A DNA stretch of 64,000 nt, from contig JAQZBR010000002.1 of the NCBI GenBank assembly GCA_029237775.1, forward strand, positions 713,489-777,488. The letters run 5' to 3'. Under the pieces are notes generated by a model. It did not search any database. It was not told the origin of the DNA and saw nothing but the letters and a program-made list of their open reading frames with translations. The position numbers were made by a program, and so were the translations under genes. Below are positions 48,406-58,052 of the stretch, in pieces; the first letter of the stretch is position 1, and every line of letters starts with the position of its first letter. The stretch comes from Bacteroidota bacterium (GTDB taxonomy: Bacteria > Bacteroidota > Bacteroidia > 2-12-FULL-35-15).

Positions 48406-48544
48406 TTTAAATATTTTGGGGGTTTAAACTTTGGCAAATTTAATACTATTATGTTGAAACCTAAAAATTATTTACGAACGGTATTTAACCTGTTTTAACA
48501 GCATATTAACAGTTTAAATACTACTTTTGAAATCATTTTTAAAA

Positions 48545-49168
48545 ATGAAAAGCTTTCTTATCACCCTCTTTACATTGTTTAACCTTTCCGGAAGTTTGAT
48601 CAGGGCTCAAAACCAGGATCTCGTTGTGACGCTTCACGAAAGTGTGTTGAACAAAATGTTCAAGGCTATCGGACAGATCAAAGGAACTTCCGCTTATTCA
48701 TTCATGTTTGTGGAAGGCACATATACCTGGACCCTGGTTAACCCTCATTTCAAGATCCACCCCGGCAGGGTAGATTTTGAAACGGATGTGATTGTCAGTG
48801 TGGCCAAGTACAACTATCGCATCCATGTATCAGGCGATGCAGAAACGTGCTATGATCAGGACGCAAATCTCATTCTTGTTGAAATAACAAAAGCAAACTT
48901 TCCACTAAACGTGATGTTCTTTGGGAAGCCAAAACACTTATGGGATGTGGAGCTTGCGGGTTATTTTGAAACCCCCTTCTTTTTTGAAGGACCGCTCAGC
49001 ATTGGAACTGAATTTATCTTTCCGATGCCGGATAACACAACAAGAACCGTATATACGCATCCGGTTAATTGTGGCGTAAAAATTGTGGAAAAACAGATCA
49101 TTGTTTCCGCAGAAATGGAATTCATTAACAGAGACGTAATCAAAACTCCAATCCTTATTAATAAATAA
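48545..49168 (+). CDS. Hypothetical exported protein
   Basis: Signal peptide, then a helix and long beta strands. The -7 motif TACTTTTG at 48522 supports ATG 48545. Confidence 0.72.
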   Translation: MKSFLITLFTLFNLSGSLIRAQNQDLVVTLHESVLNKMFKAIGQIKGTSAYSFMFVEGTYTWTLVNPHFKIHPGRVDFETDVIVSVAKYNYRIHVSGDAETCYDQDANLILVEITKANFPLNVMFFGKPKHLWDVELAGYFETPFFFEGPLSIGTEFIFPMPDNTTRTVYTHPVNCGVKIVEKQIIVSAEMEFINRDVIKTPILINK

Positions 49169-49184
49169 AAAAAAGATCAGATCT

Positions 49185-50630
49185 ATGAAACATCTTTTCA
49201 CTTGTTCTATTGCGGCTTTACTGTTCTTTACCAATTCTCACGCAAACCCTGCCGAAGGTTACAACATCAGGATAAATGCGAAAGGGGTTAAACCTCAAAC
49301 AATGTGTCAGCTTGCCAGATATTATGGCGATAAGCAATACATTGTTGACTCGGCCAAATCAAACGAAAAAGGCGAAGTTGTTTTTAAAGGAACCGAAAAA
49401 TGGCCGCAGGGAATTTATCTTTTCGTCCCTCCGGGTAAAAACAAATATTTTGATTTTGTAATGGATGAGGAGCAGAATTTCAGCATCGAAACTGATACTG
49501 CAGATTTTATAAAGTCAATGAAGATCAAAGGTTCAGAAGAGAATAAATTCTTTTATGATTATCAGAACTTCATGTCCGGTAAGCAGAAGCAGATAGAACC
49601 ACTTCAAACATCCTACAAACGCCTCAAAGATTCTAACAAAGACTCCGCAAAGCTCATTGCAGACAAGATGGCGGTTATTGATAAAGAGGTTAAGGAATAC
49701 AAAAATGATTTTATAAAGAATAATCCAAAATCTTTTGTTGCAAAGCTCTTCAAAGCAATGGATGAGCCGGAGATTCCTGAAGCTCCCATGCTTCCCAATG
49801 GCAAGAAAGATTCAACCTTCGCTTATCGTTATTACAAAACACATTTCTTCGACAACTTTGACCTTACTGATGACCGCCTTTTAAGAAGTCCGATCTTTCA
49901 CAATAAGATCAAGCAGTATATGGACAAACTCACTCCGCAAACTCCTGATTCAATTAACGTATCTGCTGATTATCTGATTGAAAGATCGCGGTCAAATCAG
50001 GAAGTATTCAAGTATCTGGTGTACTGGCTAACTTATACCTATGAAAGCTCAAAGATCATGGGTATGGATGCGGTGTTCGTTCACATGGTGAATTCTTATT
50101 ACGTTACGAATCAGGCATTCTGGGTAGATTCCACTCAACTTTACAAAATAACAAAACGGGGAAGGGAGCTTGAACCTTTGCTCATCGGAAAAAAAGCACC
50201 TATGATCAACATGCCGGATTCGACCGGTAAATACATTTCATTATATGATATTAAGTCAAAGTATACGGTTGTAGTATTCTGGGATCATGGTTGCGGACAT
50301 TGTAAAAAAGAGATCCCGAAGCTAGAAGAAGTGTATACAAAAAAGCTTAAGGCAAAAGGTGTTCAGGTGTATGCCGTGGAAACGGAAGACAAGCCTCAGG
50401 ACTGGAAAAAATTCTTACGTGAGAATCATTTGAACTGGATAAATGTTCAGGAGCTTGACAGCTATAAACGTGCAGTCACAAAAAAGATCTATGATATCTA
50501 CAGCACTCCTGTCATTTATCTGCTGGATGAAAACAAGGTAATTAAAGCTAAGCGGATTGAAGCTGAGCAGCTGGAAAACCTAATAGATATGCTCGATAAG
50601 GAAAAGGAAAAAGCCAAAGAGAAAAAATAA
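49185..50630 (+). CDS. Periplasmic TlpA-like thioredoxin with DUF4369/DUF5106-type N-terminal domains
   Basis: Signal peptide. FWDHGCGHC and YDIYSTPVIYLLD motifs. Confidence 0.85.
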   Translation: MKHLFTCSIAALLFFTNSHANPAEGYNIRINAKGVKPQTMCQLARYYGDKQYIVDSAKSNEKGEVVFKGTEKWPQGIYLFVPPGKNKYFDFVMDEEQNFSIETDTADFIKSMKIKGSEENKFFYDYQNFMSGKQKQIEPLQTSYKRLKDSNKDSAKLIADKMAVIDKEVKEYKNDFIKNNPKSFVAKLFKAMDEPEIPEAPMLPNGKKDSTFAYRYYKTHFFDNFDLTDDRLLRSPIFHNKIKQYMDKLTPQTPDSINVSADYLIERSRSNQEVFKYLVYWLTYTYESSKIMGMDAVFVHMVNSYYVTNQAFWVDSTQLYKITKRGRELEPLLIGKKAPMINMPDSTGKYISLYDIKSKYTVVVFWDHGCGHCKKEIPKLEEVYTKKLKAKGVQVYAVETEDKPQDWKKFLRENHLNWINVQELDSYKRAVTKKIYDIYSTPVIYLLDENKVIKAKRIEAEQLENLIDMLDKEKEKAKEKK

Positions 50631-50665
50631 AAAAAATCCCCGTTCATTTGAGCGGGGATTTTTTT
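50631..50665. terminator. Bidirectional terminator
   Basis: AAAAAATCCCCGTTCA-tt-TGAGCGGGGATTTTTT. Confidence 0.85.
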
Positions 50666-51099
50666 TATCTGATACGGGTAACAATTATGGTGTTGCCCCT
50701 TGAGTAGTCAAATTTCCAGTCGTTCTCGAAGATCCTTGGCAAATAACGTTTATAAAGATTGATCCTTGAGGTTAGCTTGTCTTCGGGTTCTGTATCTTTT
50801 GCCAAGCCGGTAAATTCATAGGCTATCATCTTGGGATGTTCTGCCATGAACATTTTCACCACCCTTACGATGGTTGTCATAACACGGTATAATTCACCCT
50901 TGTTGGTTACTGTATACTCCTCCCCTTCGTACTCATCGTTGGTAACACCAAATACAATTGTTGCGTGCAATATGTTGTCCTGTCTGCGACCAAACCGAAC
51001 TTCATAATTAATACCGCTATCCGTTGTAAAATAGTAAACACCGGCCGTGCTTATCGCAGGGCTGATAATTTTGTACTCTTCAACAAATCCATCTGACAT
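50665..51099 (-). CDS. Hypothetical cytoplasmic protein, DUF6934-like
   Basis: TNKGELYRVMTTI, YEFTG and SRINLYKRY pattern. Family resemblance is from recall only. Confidence 0.6.
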   Translation of the reverse strand: MSDGFVEEYKIISPAISTAGVYYFTTDSGINYEVRFGRRQDNILHATIVFGVTNDEYEGEEYTVTNKGELYRVMTTIVRVVKMFMAEHPKMIAYEFTGLAKDTEPEDKLTSRINLYKRYLPRIFENDWKFDYSRGNTIIVTRIR

Positions 51100-51275
51100 A
51101 AAAAACTTCTGTAATTCTTTTTCGAAAGATAAAATTATAAATTTTTTTCATTAAACCCTCCTTTTTCCGGATAAGGTTTAATATTCCCAAACCCTTAGTT
51201 TTTTCAAATCAAATGGAGTAAAAGTTCATCAGGAACCCGCTAAATTCCGTAATTTCAACCCTAAATTGATTTCTT

Positions 51276-51674
51276 ATGAAAATACAGTTCAGGATCAACG
51301 CACCTTTGCGAACGGGAGATGTTATTGAGGTTTTTAAAAGTTCAGGTATCAACCGTCCGGTTGAAGATCATGATCGAATTGAACTGATGTTAAAAAATTC
51401 TAATCTGATAATTTCAGCCTGGGACGGAATTGAACTTATCGGAATTGCCCGTTCTTTAACTGATTATAACTACTGTTGCTATCTTTCGGATCTTGCCGTA
51501 AAAAAAGAATATCAGAAAACCGGAATAGGAAAAGCATTGATTGACCATACCCAGCAAACTATCGGGGAACAGACAATGCTTCTTTTGCTATCTGCTGCGA
51601 ATGCGATGGAATATTATCCGAAGGTTGGATTTGAAACAGTGGATAATGCCTTTACAATTAAAAGAAAGAACTAG
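51276..51674 (+). CDS. GNAT N-acetyltransferase
   Basis: YLSDLAV..EYQKTGIGKAL and YYPKVGF motifs. Confidence 0.9.
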   Translation: MKIQFRINAPLRTGDVIEVFKSSGINRPVEDHDRIELMLKNSNLIISAWDGIELIGIARSLTDYNYCCYLSDLAVKKEYQKTGIGKALIDHTQQTIGEQTMLLLLSAANAMEYYPKVGFETVDNAFTIKRKN

Positions 51675-52154
51675 ATGAAAAGATTGTTGATCCTACCGGT
51701 TCTAATGCTTGGATGCAACCTGCTGATTTCGCAAAGCATCAGCGTTATCAAAATCACAGATCTGGAAAAACGTTTAAACAATGGTTCAGACACTACTTAC
51801 ATTGTTAACTTCTGGGCTACCTGGTGCGCGCCTTGCGTTAAAGAATTGCCGGATTTCGACAGCATCACCAAACAGTTTCCCTCAGCGAAAATCAAAGTTC
51901 TGCTTGTAAGCATGGATTTTAAAGAAGACCTGAAAACCAAAGTGATCCCATTTGTAAAAAGGAAAAATGTAAAATCGGAAGTTTTTGTTTTGGATGAACT
52001 AAATGGAAATTATTTTATCCCAAAGGTTTCTGATCAATGGACGGGAGCAATACCGGCAACACTTATCCGTAACAACAAAAACAACTACCGGCAGTTCTTT
52101 GAAAAGAAACTGGATTATAATTTTCTTATAACAGAGATAGAGAAGCAGAAATGA
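51675..52154 (+). CDS. TlpA-family thiol-disulfide oxidoreductase
   Basis: NFWATWCAPC and GAIPAT motifs. Confidence 0.9.
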   Translation: MKRLLILPVLMLGCNLLISQSISVIKITDLEKRLNNGSDTTYIVNFWATWCAPCVKELPDFDSITKQFPSAKIKVLLVSMDFKEDLKTKVIPFVKRKNVKSEVFVLDELNGNYFIPKVSDQWTGAIPATLIRNNKNNYRQFFEKKLDYNFLITEIEKQK

Positions 52155-52819
52155 AAACAAAATACATTAATATTTTTCTAATCCTTTTGGTGGCAGGTGT
52201 GTGCGTGTACGCATTTTTTATTCATGATAATAAAAAGCCGATCCGTTACCTGGCTATTTTCGGGCCTAAAGAATACGAAGCTAAGAATGGTAAAACAGAC
52301 ACCACCTATCATACCGTTAAGGATTTTCATTTTATTGATCAGGATGGAAAGACGGTAAGGCAGAAAGATCTTGATGGAAGTGTTTATGTGGCTGATTTCT
52401 TTTTCACAACCTGCCACAGCATTTGTCCTGTCATGAGCAACCAGATGGAGAGGATCTACACAAAGTACAAAAACAATCCTGAAGTTAAATTCATTTCACA
52501 TACTGTCGACCCTGAAATAGATACAGTAAAGCAACTGAAGGATTACGCCTTAAAGCATAATGCCGACAGTAAGCAATGGTTGTTTGTCACCGGTGATAAA
52601 AAAGAGCTATACGATGTTGCCCGAACCGGGTATTTTCTTGATGCCCAGCAAGGCGATGGCGGACCAGATGATTTTATTCACACGCAGAACTTCGCACTCG
52701 TTGACAAAGATAAAAGGATCCGTGGGTACTACGATGGGACAGATTCAACCGATGTTGATCAGCTGATAAAAGATATTGAGCTGCTGCTTAAGGAATATCA
52801 TTATAAGGAGGGGAAATAG
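52151..52819 (+). CDS. SCO1/SenC copper chaperone
   Basis: TM anchor, FFTTCHSICP (CxxxC), TVDPE.D and FIHT motifs. Confidence 0.92.
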   Translation: MKTKYINIFLILLVAGVCVYAFFIHDNKKPIRYLAIFGPKEYEAKNGKTDTTYHTVKDFHFIDQDGKTVRQKDLDGSVYVADFFFTTCHSICPVMSNQMERIYTKYKNNPEVKFISHTVDPEIDTVKQLKDYALKHNADSKQWLFVTGDKKELYDVARTGYFLDAQQGDGGPDDFIHTQNFALVDKDKRIRGYYDGTDSTDVDQLIKDIELLLKEYHYKEGK

Positions 52820-52874
52820 GATTAAGGATTAAGGATTAAGGATTAAGGATTAAGGATTAAGGATTAAGGATTAA
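52819..52874 (+). repeat. Perfect tandem heptamer (GGATTAA)x8
   Basis: Eight exact units, beginning on the last base of the SCO stop codon. Confidence 0.97.
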
Positions 52875-52919
52875 AAAAAGAAAGGAAATTTGCGCCTGCA
52901 AATTTCCTTTCTTTTTTTT
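52875..52919. terminator. Bidirectional terminator
   Basis: AAAAAGAAAGGAAATTTGC-gcct-GCAAATTTCCTTTCTTTTT. Confidence 0.85.
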
Positions 52920-52934
52920 GATAGTAATTATCTT

Positions 52935-53552
52935 TTATTCCACTCTTTTAATACTGCATCCTACAGACTTTGTTGAATTGGTCTTGATTGTTTTACCAGC
53001 TGCGATCGCAACAACTGCATCTTTCAGGTAATGTTCTTTGGCGTCATTCGGTTCTTTGATATTATCATCAATTGCACCGCGATAAACAAGCTTACCGTTT
53101 TTATCGAAGAGAAAACAATGCGGTGTACGGGTTGCACCGAACGCATTTGCAAGGTTAGAGTTTTTGTCCACTACGTAGCTGAATGTATATCCCTGTTCTT
53201 TTGCGTATGATTTCATTGCATCAAAAGAATCTTCTTCAGAACGCTGCGCTTCATTCGAGTTAACTACCATCATTCCTACTTTATTCTGGCTTGTAACAGT
53301 GCCCAGCTCCTTGATGCGGCTTTCGCTGAGCTTAACATAAGGACAAGTGTTACAGGAGAATATAACCAGGGTTCCGTTTGTACCTTTAACTTCGTTAAGT
53401 GAAACCTCTTTGCCGCTTACATCCATCATTTTGTGATCTGCATCAGGCATTGAGCTTCCTATCTCCAGTTCAGGATTTATAGTAAGTCTGAAGCCGGTTG
53501 CTATTAAACCGGTTAACAAAACGGCAGAAGAGAAAATCATTATTTTTTTCAT
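52935..53552 (-). CDS. Exported AhpC/TSA-like thioredoxin family protein
   Basis: FSCNTCPYV, GATRTP, YRGAIDD and VGCSIK motifs. Confidence 0.88.
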   Translation of the reverse strand: MKKIMIFSSAVLLTGLIATGFRLTINPELEIGSSMPDADHKMMDVSGKEVSLNEVKGTNGTLVIFSCNTCPYVKLSESRIKELGTVTSQNKVGMMVVNSNEAQRSEEDSFDAMKSYAKEQGYTFSYVVDKNSNLANAFGATRTPHCFLFDKNGKLVYRGAIDDNIKEPNDAKEHYLKDAVVAIAAGKTIKTNSTKSVGCSIKRVE

Positions 53553-53608
53553 TGTTTGTAGTTTTAAAATTTGCACCCTAAACTTACAAAAACCAAACCA
53601 CTAAAACA

Positions 53609-54676
53609 TTAATTTCTGATTAATTCTTTATACACAAACTGTTCCTGCAATGACTCAAAAGGACGATAAACGTAGTATACATAATCACCTTTTACCTTTA
53701 TATGCTCCACATATTGATTATGTAATTTAAATGATCCGATGATTTTTCCGGTTTTTCTGTCGATCTGCTTCAGATAATAGAAGCCATTCTTTTGATATTT
53801 AGCGTATACTTTATGATTATCCTTATCTACTATGATCTCATGCTTCCACTCCCTCCAGTTTTTCGGGTGGTTATACGTTATTGTAACAGAATCAAGCAGC
53901 TCATACCTTTTGTTGTAAGATAGGATAGAATTGCTGTAATGATCAAAAACAACCACAGTATCGTTGATAATAAACAAAGGCGCATATAATGGTTCATAAA
54001 AAATGCTGGAAGTTAAGCCAGTCATCATAACAGCAACCCGGTGAAAATCCACCTTATAATGTTCTGCAAGATTCCGGGCAAGGACTTTTTCTTTAGGCTT
54101 CATGAAATAATATTCCATGTTATAATCTCTCAGCAGTTCAACGTTCGTAACTGTTTTGAAAGGATGAACCACACTATCAACAGTTGAATATGCATAATAC
54201 GTGAACTCCGGATACTCCTTGCTGTAATTGGAAAAATATATGTCCTTCCCCAGTGTATCGAGACAGGGCATTATCCTTTCCTTAAACTGGTCCGAGGGCA
54301 ATGAAGCAAGACTAATAATATCATTATTTATTTTTATCCTAAAAACATCTTTTTTGCAGATCACATTAATGAATCCCATGTAATCTTTATAGAGACTCTC
54401 GGATTCATCGGGTATCTCAAAAGAAGAGAGTATTTTTTGAGAGCGGTCCACAAGCTTGACGGATGACATTTTCATATTTTTTGTGTATGTGAGCAAGACC
54501 AGCTTGTCTTCATAAAATTCATAATCGGCAACACTGAATTTCCATGTTCCGAAAACGGTGTCGATCTTTCCCGAAGCAGTGATCTCGACAGTATTTAACT
54601 CCACTTTTTTCTGTGATAAAGCTATTGCCGGCAACAGAAGAAGAGAAAAAGCAAACACTATTTTAATATGATCCAT
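53609..54676 (-). CDS. Hypothetical exported protein, probably beta-propeller-like
   Basis: Signal peptide, a VELNTVEITA segment and Tyr-rich beta repeats. Confidence 0.7.
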   Translation of the reverse strand: MDHIKIVFAFSLLLLPAIALSQKKVELNTVEITASGKIDTVFGTWKFSVADYEFYEDKLVLLTYTKNMKMSSVKLVDRSQKILSSFEIPDESESLYKDYMGFINVICKKDVFRIKINNDIISLASLPSDQFKERIMPCLDTLGKDIYFSNYSKEYPEFTYYAYSTVDSVVHPFKTVTNVELLRDYNMEYYFMKPKEKVLARNLAEHYKVDFHRVAVMMTGLTSSIFYEPLYAPLFIINDTVVVFDHYSNSILSYNKRYELLDSVTITYNHPKNWREWKHEIIVDKDNHKVYAKYQKNGFYYLKQIDRKTGKIIGSFKLHNQYVEHIKVKGDYVYYVYRPFESLQEQFVYKELIRN

Positions 54677-54781
54677 TTTATCCTCCTTTTACAACAGGAC
54701 GTTTTCAGGAAAATATTCCATAAATTTGATCAAATGGTCCTTTGGGCAACCCGGAAGGCTTATGATCTTTAGAATATAAAT

Positions 54782-55363
54782 TTGTACGACTATTATAAAA
54801 TATTAGAAGTCCCAAGGAACGCCAGTACAGAGGAGATCCGTAAAGCCTACCGCAATAAAGCCAAGCTTGTACACCCGGATGTAAATGATTCGCCCAAAGC
54901 ACACGAGGTATTTACTGTGGTAAGTGAAGCTTATGAGGTGCTTACAGATGAGCAGAAGAGATATCTTCACGATGTGAAGCTAGGTTTTATCGATGGCGTT
55001 AAAGCGGATGCCGAGCGGAAGAAGCATTACTATGGTTCATCAGTAAAGAATGATACGTATACAAATTTTCATTACGACTGGAACAGCTTTGAAAAAGCGA
55101 CATTGAAAGAAAGAACAGATGAAGATTACTATAACCGATCACCGTTCTTTTATAACCTGTTTTTTGCAACGGGAATGACCATTGGTTTTATAATCATTAT
55201 GGTAACGCTTTTAGGAACTTTCAGGAACTATTGGCCATTTCCTTTTATACTTATCAGCGTTCCCGGATTTATTCTTGTACGCGAAGGCTGGCGTGGAATG
55301 ATGCGAAAGAAAAGTATGCTGACGGGCCTTCTCAATCTGGTATTATTCAGAAAAAAACGATAA
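54782..55363 (+). CDS. J-domain protein with two C-terminal TM helices
   Basis: [17 protein letters not shown] and EAYEVL motifs. TTG start. Confidence 0.85.
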   Translation: MYDYYKILEVPRNASTEEIRKAYRNKAKLVHPDVNDSPKAHEVFTVVSEAYEVLTDEQKRYLHDVKLGFIDGVKADAERKKHYYGSSVKNDTYTNFHYDWNSFEKATLKERTDEDYYNRSPFFYNLFFATGMTIGFIIIMVTLLGTFRNYWPFPFILISVPGFILVREGWRGMMRKKSMLTGLLNLVLFRKKR

Positions 55364-55365
55364 TA

Positions 55366-55393
55366 AAAAAGCCCTTTCGTATGAAAGGGCTTT
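55366..55393. terminator. Bidirectional terminator
   Basis: AAAGCCCTTTCG-ta-TGAAAGGGCTTT. Confidence 0.8.
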
Positions 55394-55408
55394 CGAAATT
55401 TTATTTTG

Positions 55409-56482
55409 TTATCCAACCTTGAACATCCAGTTGTGCTTGTCTTCAGATTTACCTTTACGGATATTTTCAAGTTCCTGAGACACTCTGTTTGAAAAGATCC
55501 TACCACTTACAGGAGGGAGAACATAATCCTTTCCTTCAAAACCAATGGTCGAAATATGTGCAATGGTCGCAGCAGTCCCTGTTCCAAAAGCTTCTTCAAG
55601 AGTTCCTCGTTTGTGAGCATCCAACACTTCATCAATACTTATCTTACGTTCCTGAACTTTCATCTTCCAATCGCGTGCAAGCGTAAGCACGCTATCACGT
55701 GTGATACCTGCAAGGATTGTATCTCCAACAGGAGGAGTGATCAAAACATCATCGATAACGATCATCAGGTTCATTGTTCCTGACTCTTCCAGATAACGGT
55801 GATTACGGGCATCTGTCCAGATGATCTGCTGATAGCCGCGTTGCTGTGCAAGTTTTGTAGGAAATAAAGAACGTCCGTAATTTCCGGATGCTTTAACATA
55901 ACCAACGCCACCTTCAACTGCACGGATATAATTTGTTTCAACCAATACTTTAACCGGTTCGTTGTAATATTTCCCGGCAGGAGAAGTAATTATATAAAAA
56001 CGGTAATTATCGGAAGGCTTAACACCAATAAACTCATCAGTTCCAATAATGAATGGACGGATATAAAGTGAAGACCCGTCAGTATCAGGAACCCAATCTT
56101 TATCCATAGAGATCAGCTTTCTTAAGCCTTCCATGAAAACTTCTTCGGGAATAGAAGGCATAGCCATCCGTTCTGCGGAAATATTAATACGCTTGTGATT
56201 ATCAAGCGGACGGAAAAGTGATACCTCACCTTTGTCATTTTTGTAGGCTTTCATTCCTTCGAAAATTGCTTGTCCGTAATGCAGCGCTGAAGTAGCAGGG
56301 CTCATTGGGATTGGGCCGTATGGCAAAACCTGGGCATCTCCCCAGACACCATTTTCATAATCTGCCATGAACATGTGATCAGAAAACAACTTTCCGAAAG
56401 TAATGTGATTGTAATCAAGCTCATTGATACGGGAATTTGACGTCTTCTGAACCTTAATAGAAATGGTGTCGGTTGTTACCAT
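55409..56482 (-). CDS. ilvE: Branched-chain amino acid aminotransferase
   Basis: LHYGQAIFEGMKAY, YIRP, KASGNY, ESGTMN, LAGITR and GTGTAA motifs. Confidence 0.95.
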   Translation of the reverse strand: MVTTDTISIKVQKTSNSRINELDYNHITFGKLFSDHMFMADYENGVWGDAQVLPYGPIPMSPATSALHYGQAIFEGMKAYKNDKGEVSLFRPLDNHKRINISAERMAMPSIPEEVFMEGLRKLISMDKDWVPDTDGSSLYIRPFIIGTDEFIGVKPSDNYRFYIITSPAGKYYNEPVKVLVETNYIRAVEGGVGYVKASGNYGRSLFPTKLAQQRGYQQIIWTDARNHRYLEESGTMNLMIVIDDVLITPPVGDTILAGITRDSVLTLARDWKMKVQERKISIDEVLDAHKRGTLEEAFGTGTAATIAHISTIGFEGKDYVLPPVSGRIFSNRVSQELENIRKGKSEDKHNWMFKVG

Positions 56483-56633
56483 AATGTGTTTTGTGTGTAC
56501 TGTGTGTATTCTATAAAATTAAGGAAATAATTTCTTCATTCCAATAACAAAAAACTAAAAAATAGATGAATCGCAGAAAAGAGGAGATGAATTGCATTTG
56601 TTCATCCGGCTTATACAAACAAAAACCGGCTTC

Positions 56634-58046
56634 TTATTTGAACTTTATCTTTCTTGCCGCAAAAAGACACATTCGCAGAAGTATGAAACCGTGACGAAAC
56701 CGGGATATATTTGTTCTGCCGTATGTGCGTTCTTTGTAGTGAACAGGAAGTTCAACAATATGAAGGTTGAGTTTATGGGCTCCAAACAAAAGATCGAAAT
56801 CACCGAAAGGATCGAACTCTCCAAAAAACTTTCTGTTGGCAGCAAGGCGCTGGTAATCTTTTTTAAAGAGAACCTTCGTACCGCAAAGCGTGTCCTTAAA
56901 ACGCTGATCAAGAAGCCAGGTGAAGACCAGGCTGAAAAATTTATTTCCCAGCAGATTAAAAGATCTCATCGCTTTCTTATCCATACGGTAAACTAACCTT
57001 GAACCATTTACAAAATCGGCTTTCCCGCTTGCAATGATCTCATAGAACTTTGGTAGCTCTTCGGGTGGTACCGTCAGATCAGCATCAAGGATCATAAGGA
57101 TCTCTCCGCTTGCAATCTCAAAACCTTTACGAACCGCTATACCCTTCCCTCTTTCATGACATTGCGCTATTTTGATGTCGTGTGTGGAAGCGTATTTCTT
57201 CTGCATCATCTGGATCTGTAACCAGGTATCATCAGAGGAATTTCCTTCAACAAATACAATCTCTACATGGCTTCCTATAGAAGGGATGCGCTTGATCACA
57301 TTTTCTATATTACCACTTTCATTTCGTGCAGGAACAACCACTGTAACTGAGTATTTTTTCTGATGATCCCTTTCATTTGCAATAACGGGGCGCGCAAAAG
57401 TGAAATGATTAATACTGAATGAGCGGATCAGCGGTAATTTCCCAAGTACATTATTCAGTAATTCGGAAAAAAGAGGGATGTAAACAGGAAAGATCATCCT
57501 CCTTGAATTGCGGTACACTTTGAAACCGGATAAATCAAGAAGTGAATTTATTTCATCAAGGCTTAACCAATTCTGAGCGGGTGTTTTTGTTTTGTATCCG
57601 ATCGCCTCGCCAAATTTCAACAAAGGCTCCCAAAGGAAATTGTAATAAGTAATGATCACTTTGGTCCGCTCATGACAAACCTTATGCAGCTGCCGGAAAA
57701 CCTGCTGAATATCTTCCAGATATCCGATAAGATTAGAAAGGATTATGACATCATACTCTTGATTAAGATGCAGATATTCTGCATTCATCACCCGCAAATC
57801 CAGTTGTGGAAATTGTCGTTTCCCTTCCGCTATCATGCCTTCGCTGAAATCAATCCCGGCCTTGCAATGTGCTTTTATACCGTTTAGCAATTCGCCCGTT
57901 CCGCATCCTATCTCGAGAACAGAATTTTCTTCGTGTATAAAATAATCGCAATAGCTTGTAATATCGTCCCAATAATACTTTTTGGACCTACGTTGCTTAA
58001 CGCGATTCGCAGATAATTTATCAAAATATGTAATATTATTATTCAA
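56634..58046 (-). CDS. Class I SAM methyltransferase-GT2 (polyprenol-phosphate sugar synthase-like) fusion
   Basis: VLEIGCGTG, then VVVPARNE, GKG, ILDAD, GSR, DTLCGTK and FDLL motifs. TTG start. Confidence 0.88.
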   Translation of the reverse strand: MNNNITYFDKLSANRVKQRRSKKYYWDDITSYCDYFIHEENSVLEIGCGTGELLNGIKAHCKAGIDFSEGMIAEGKRQFPQLDLRVMNAEYLHLNQEYDVIILSNLIGYLEDIQQVFRQLHKVCHERTKVIITYYNFLWEPLLKFGEAIGYKTKTPAQNWLSLDEINSLLDLSGFKVYRNSRRMIFPVYIPLFSELLNNVLGKLPLIRSFSINHFTFARPVIANERDHQKKYSVTVVVPARNESGNIENVIKRIPSIGSHVEIVFVEGNSSDDTWLQIQMMQKKYASTHDIKIAQCHERGKGIAVRKGFEIASGEILMILDADLTVPPEELPKFYEIIASGKADFVNGSRLVYRMDKKAMRSFNLLGNKFFSLVFTWLLDQRFKDTLCGTKVLFKKDYQRLAANRKFFGEFDPFGDFDLLFGAHKLNLHIVELPVHYKERTYGRTNISRFRHGFILLRMCLFAARKIKFK

Positions 58047-58052
58047 TGTTTT

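Noticed and set aside
52819-52874. Possible CRISPR array
   Set aside because: It is a pure 7-bp tandem repeat with no spacers and no cas genes.
56483-56515. Attenuator or T-box upstream of ilvE (AC-rich leader)
   Set aside because: No Ile/Leu/Val-rich leader peptide, T-box sequence or terminator hairpin is present. It looks like an unstructured A/C-rich leader.
56592-56996. 134-aa plus-strand ORF
   Set aside because: It overlaps the conserved GT2 C-terminus on the opposite strand and has no recognisable features.
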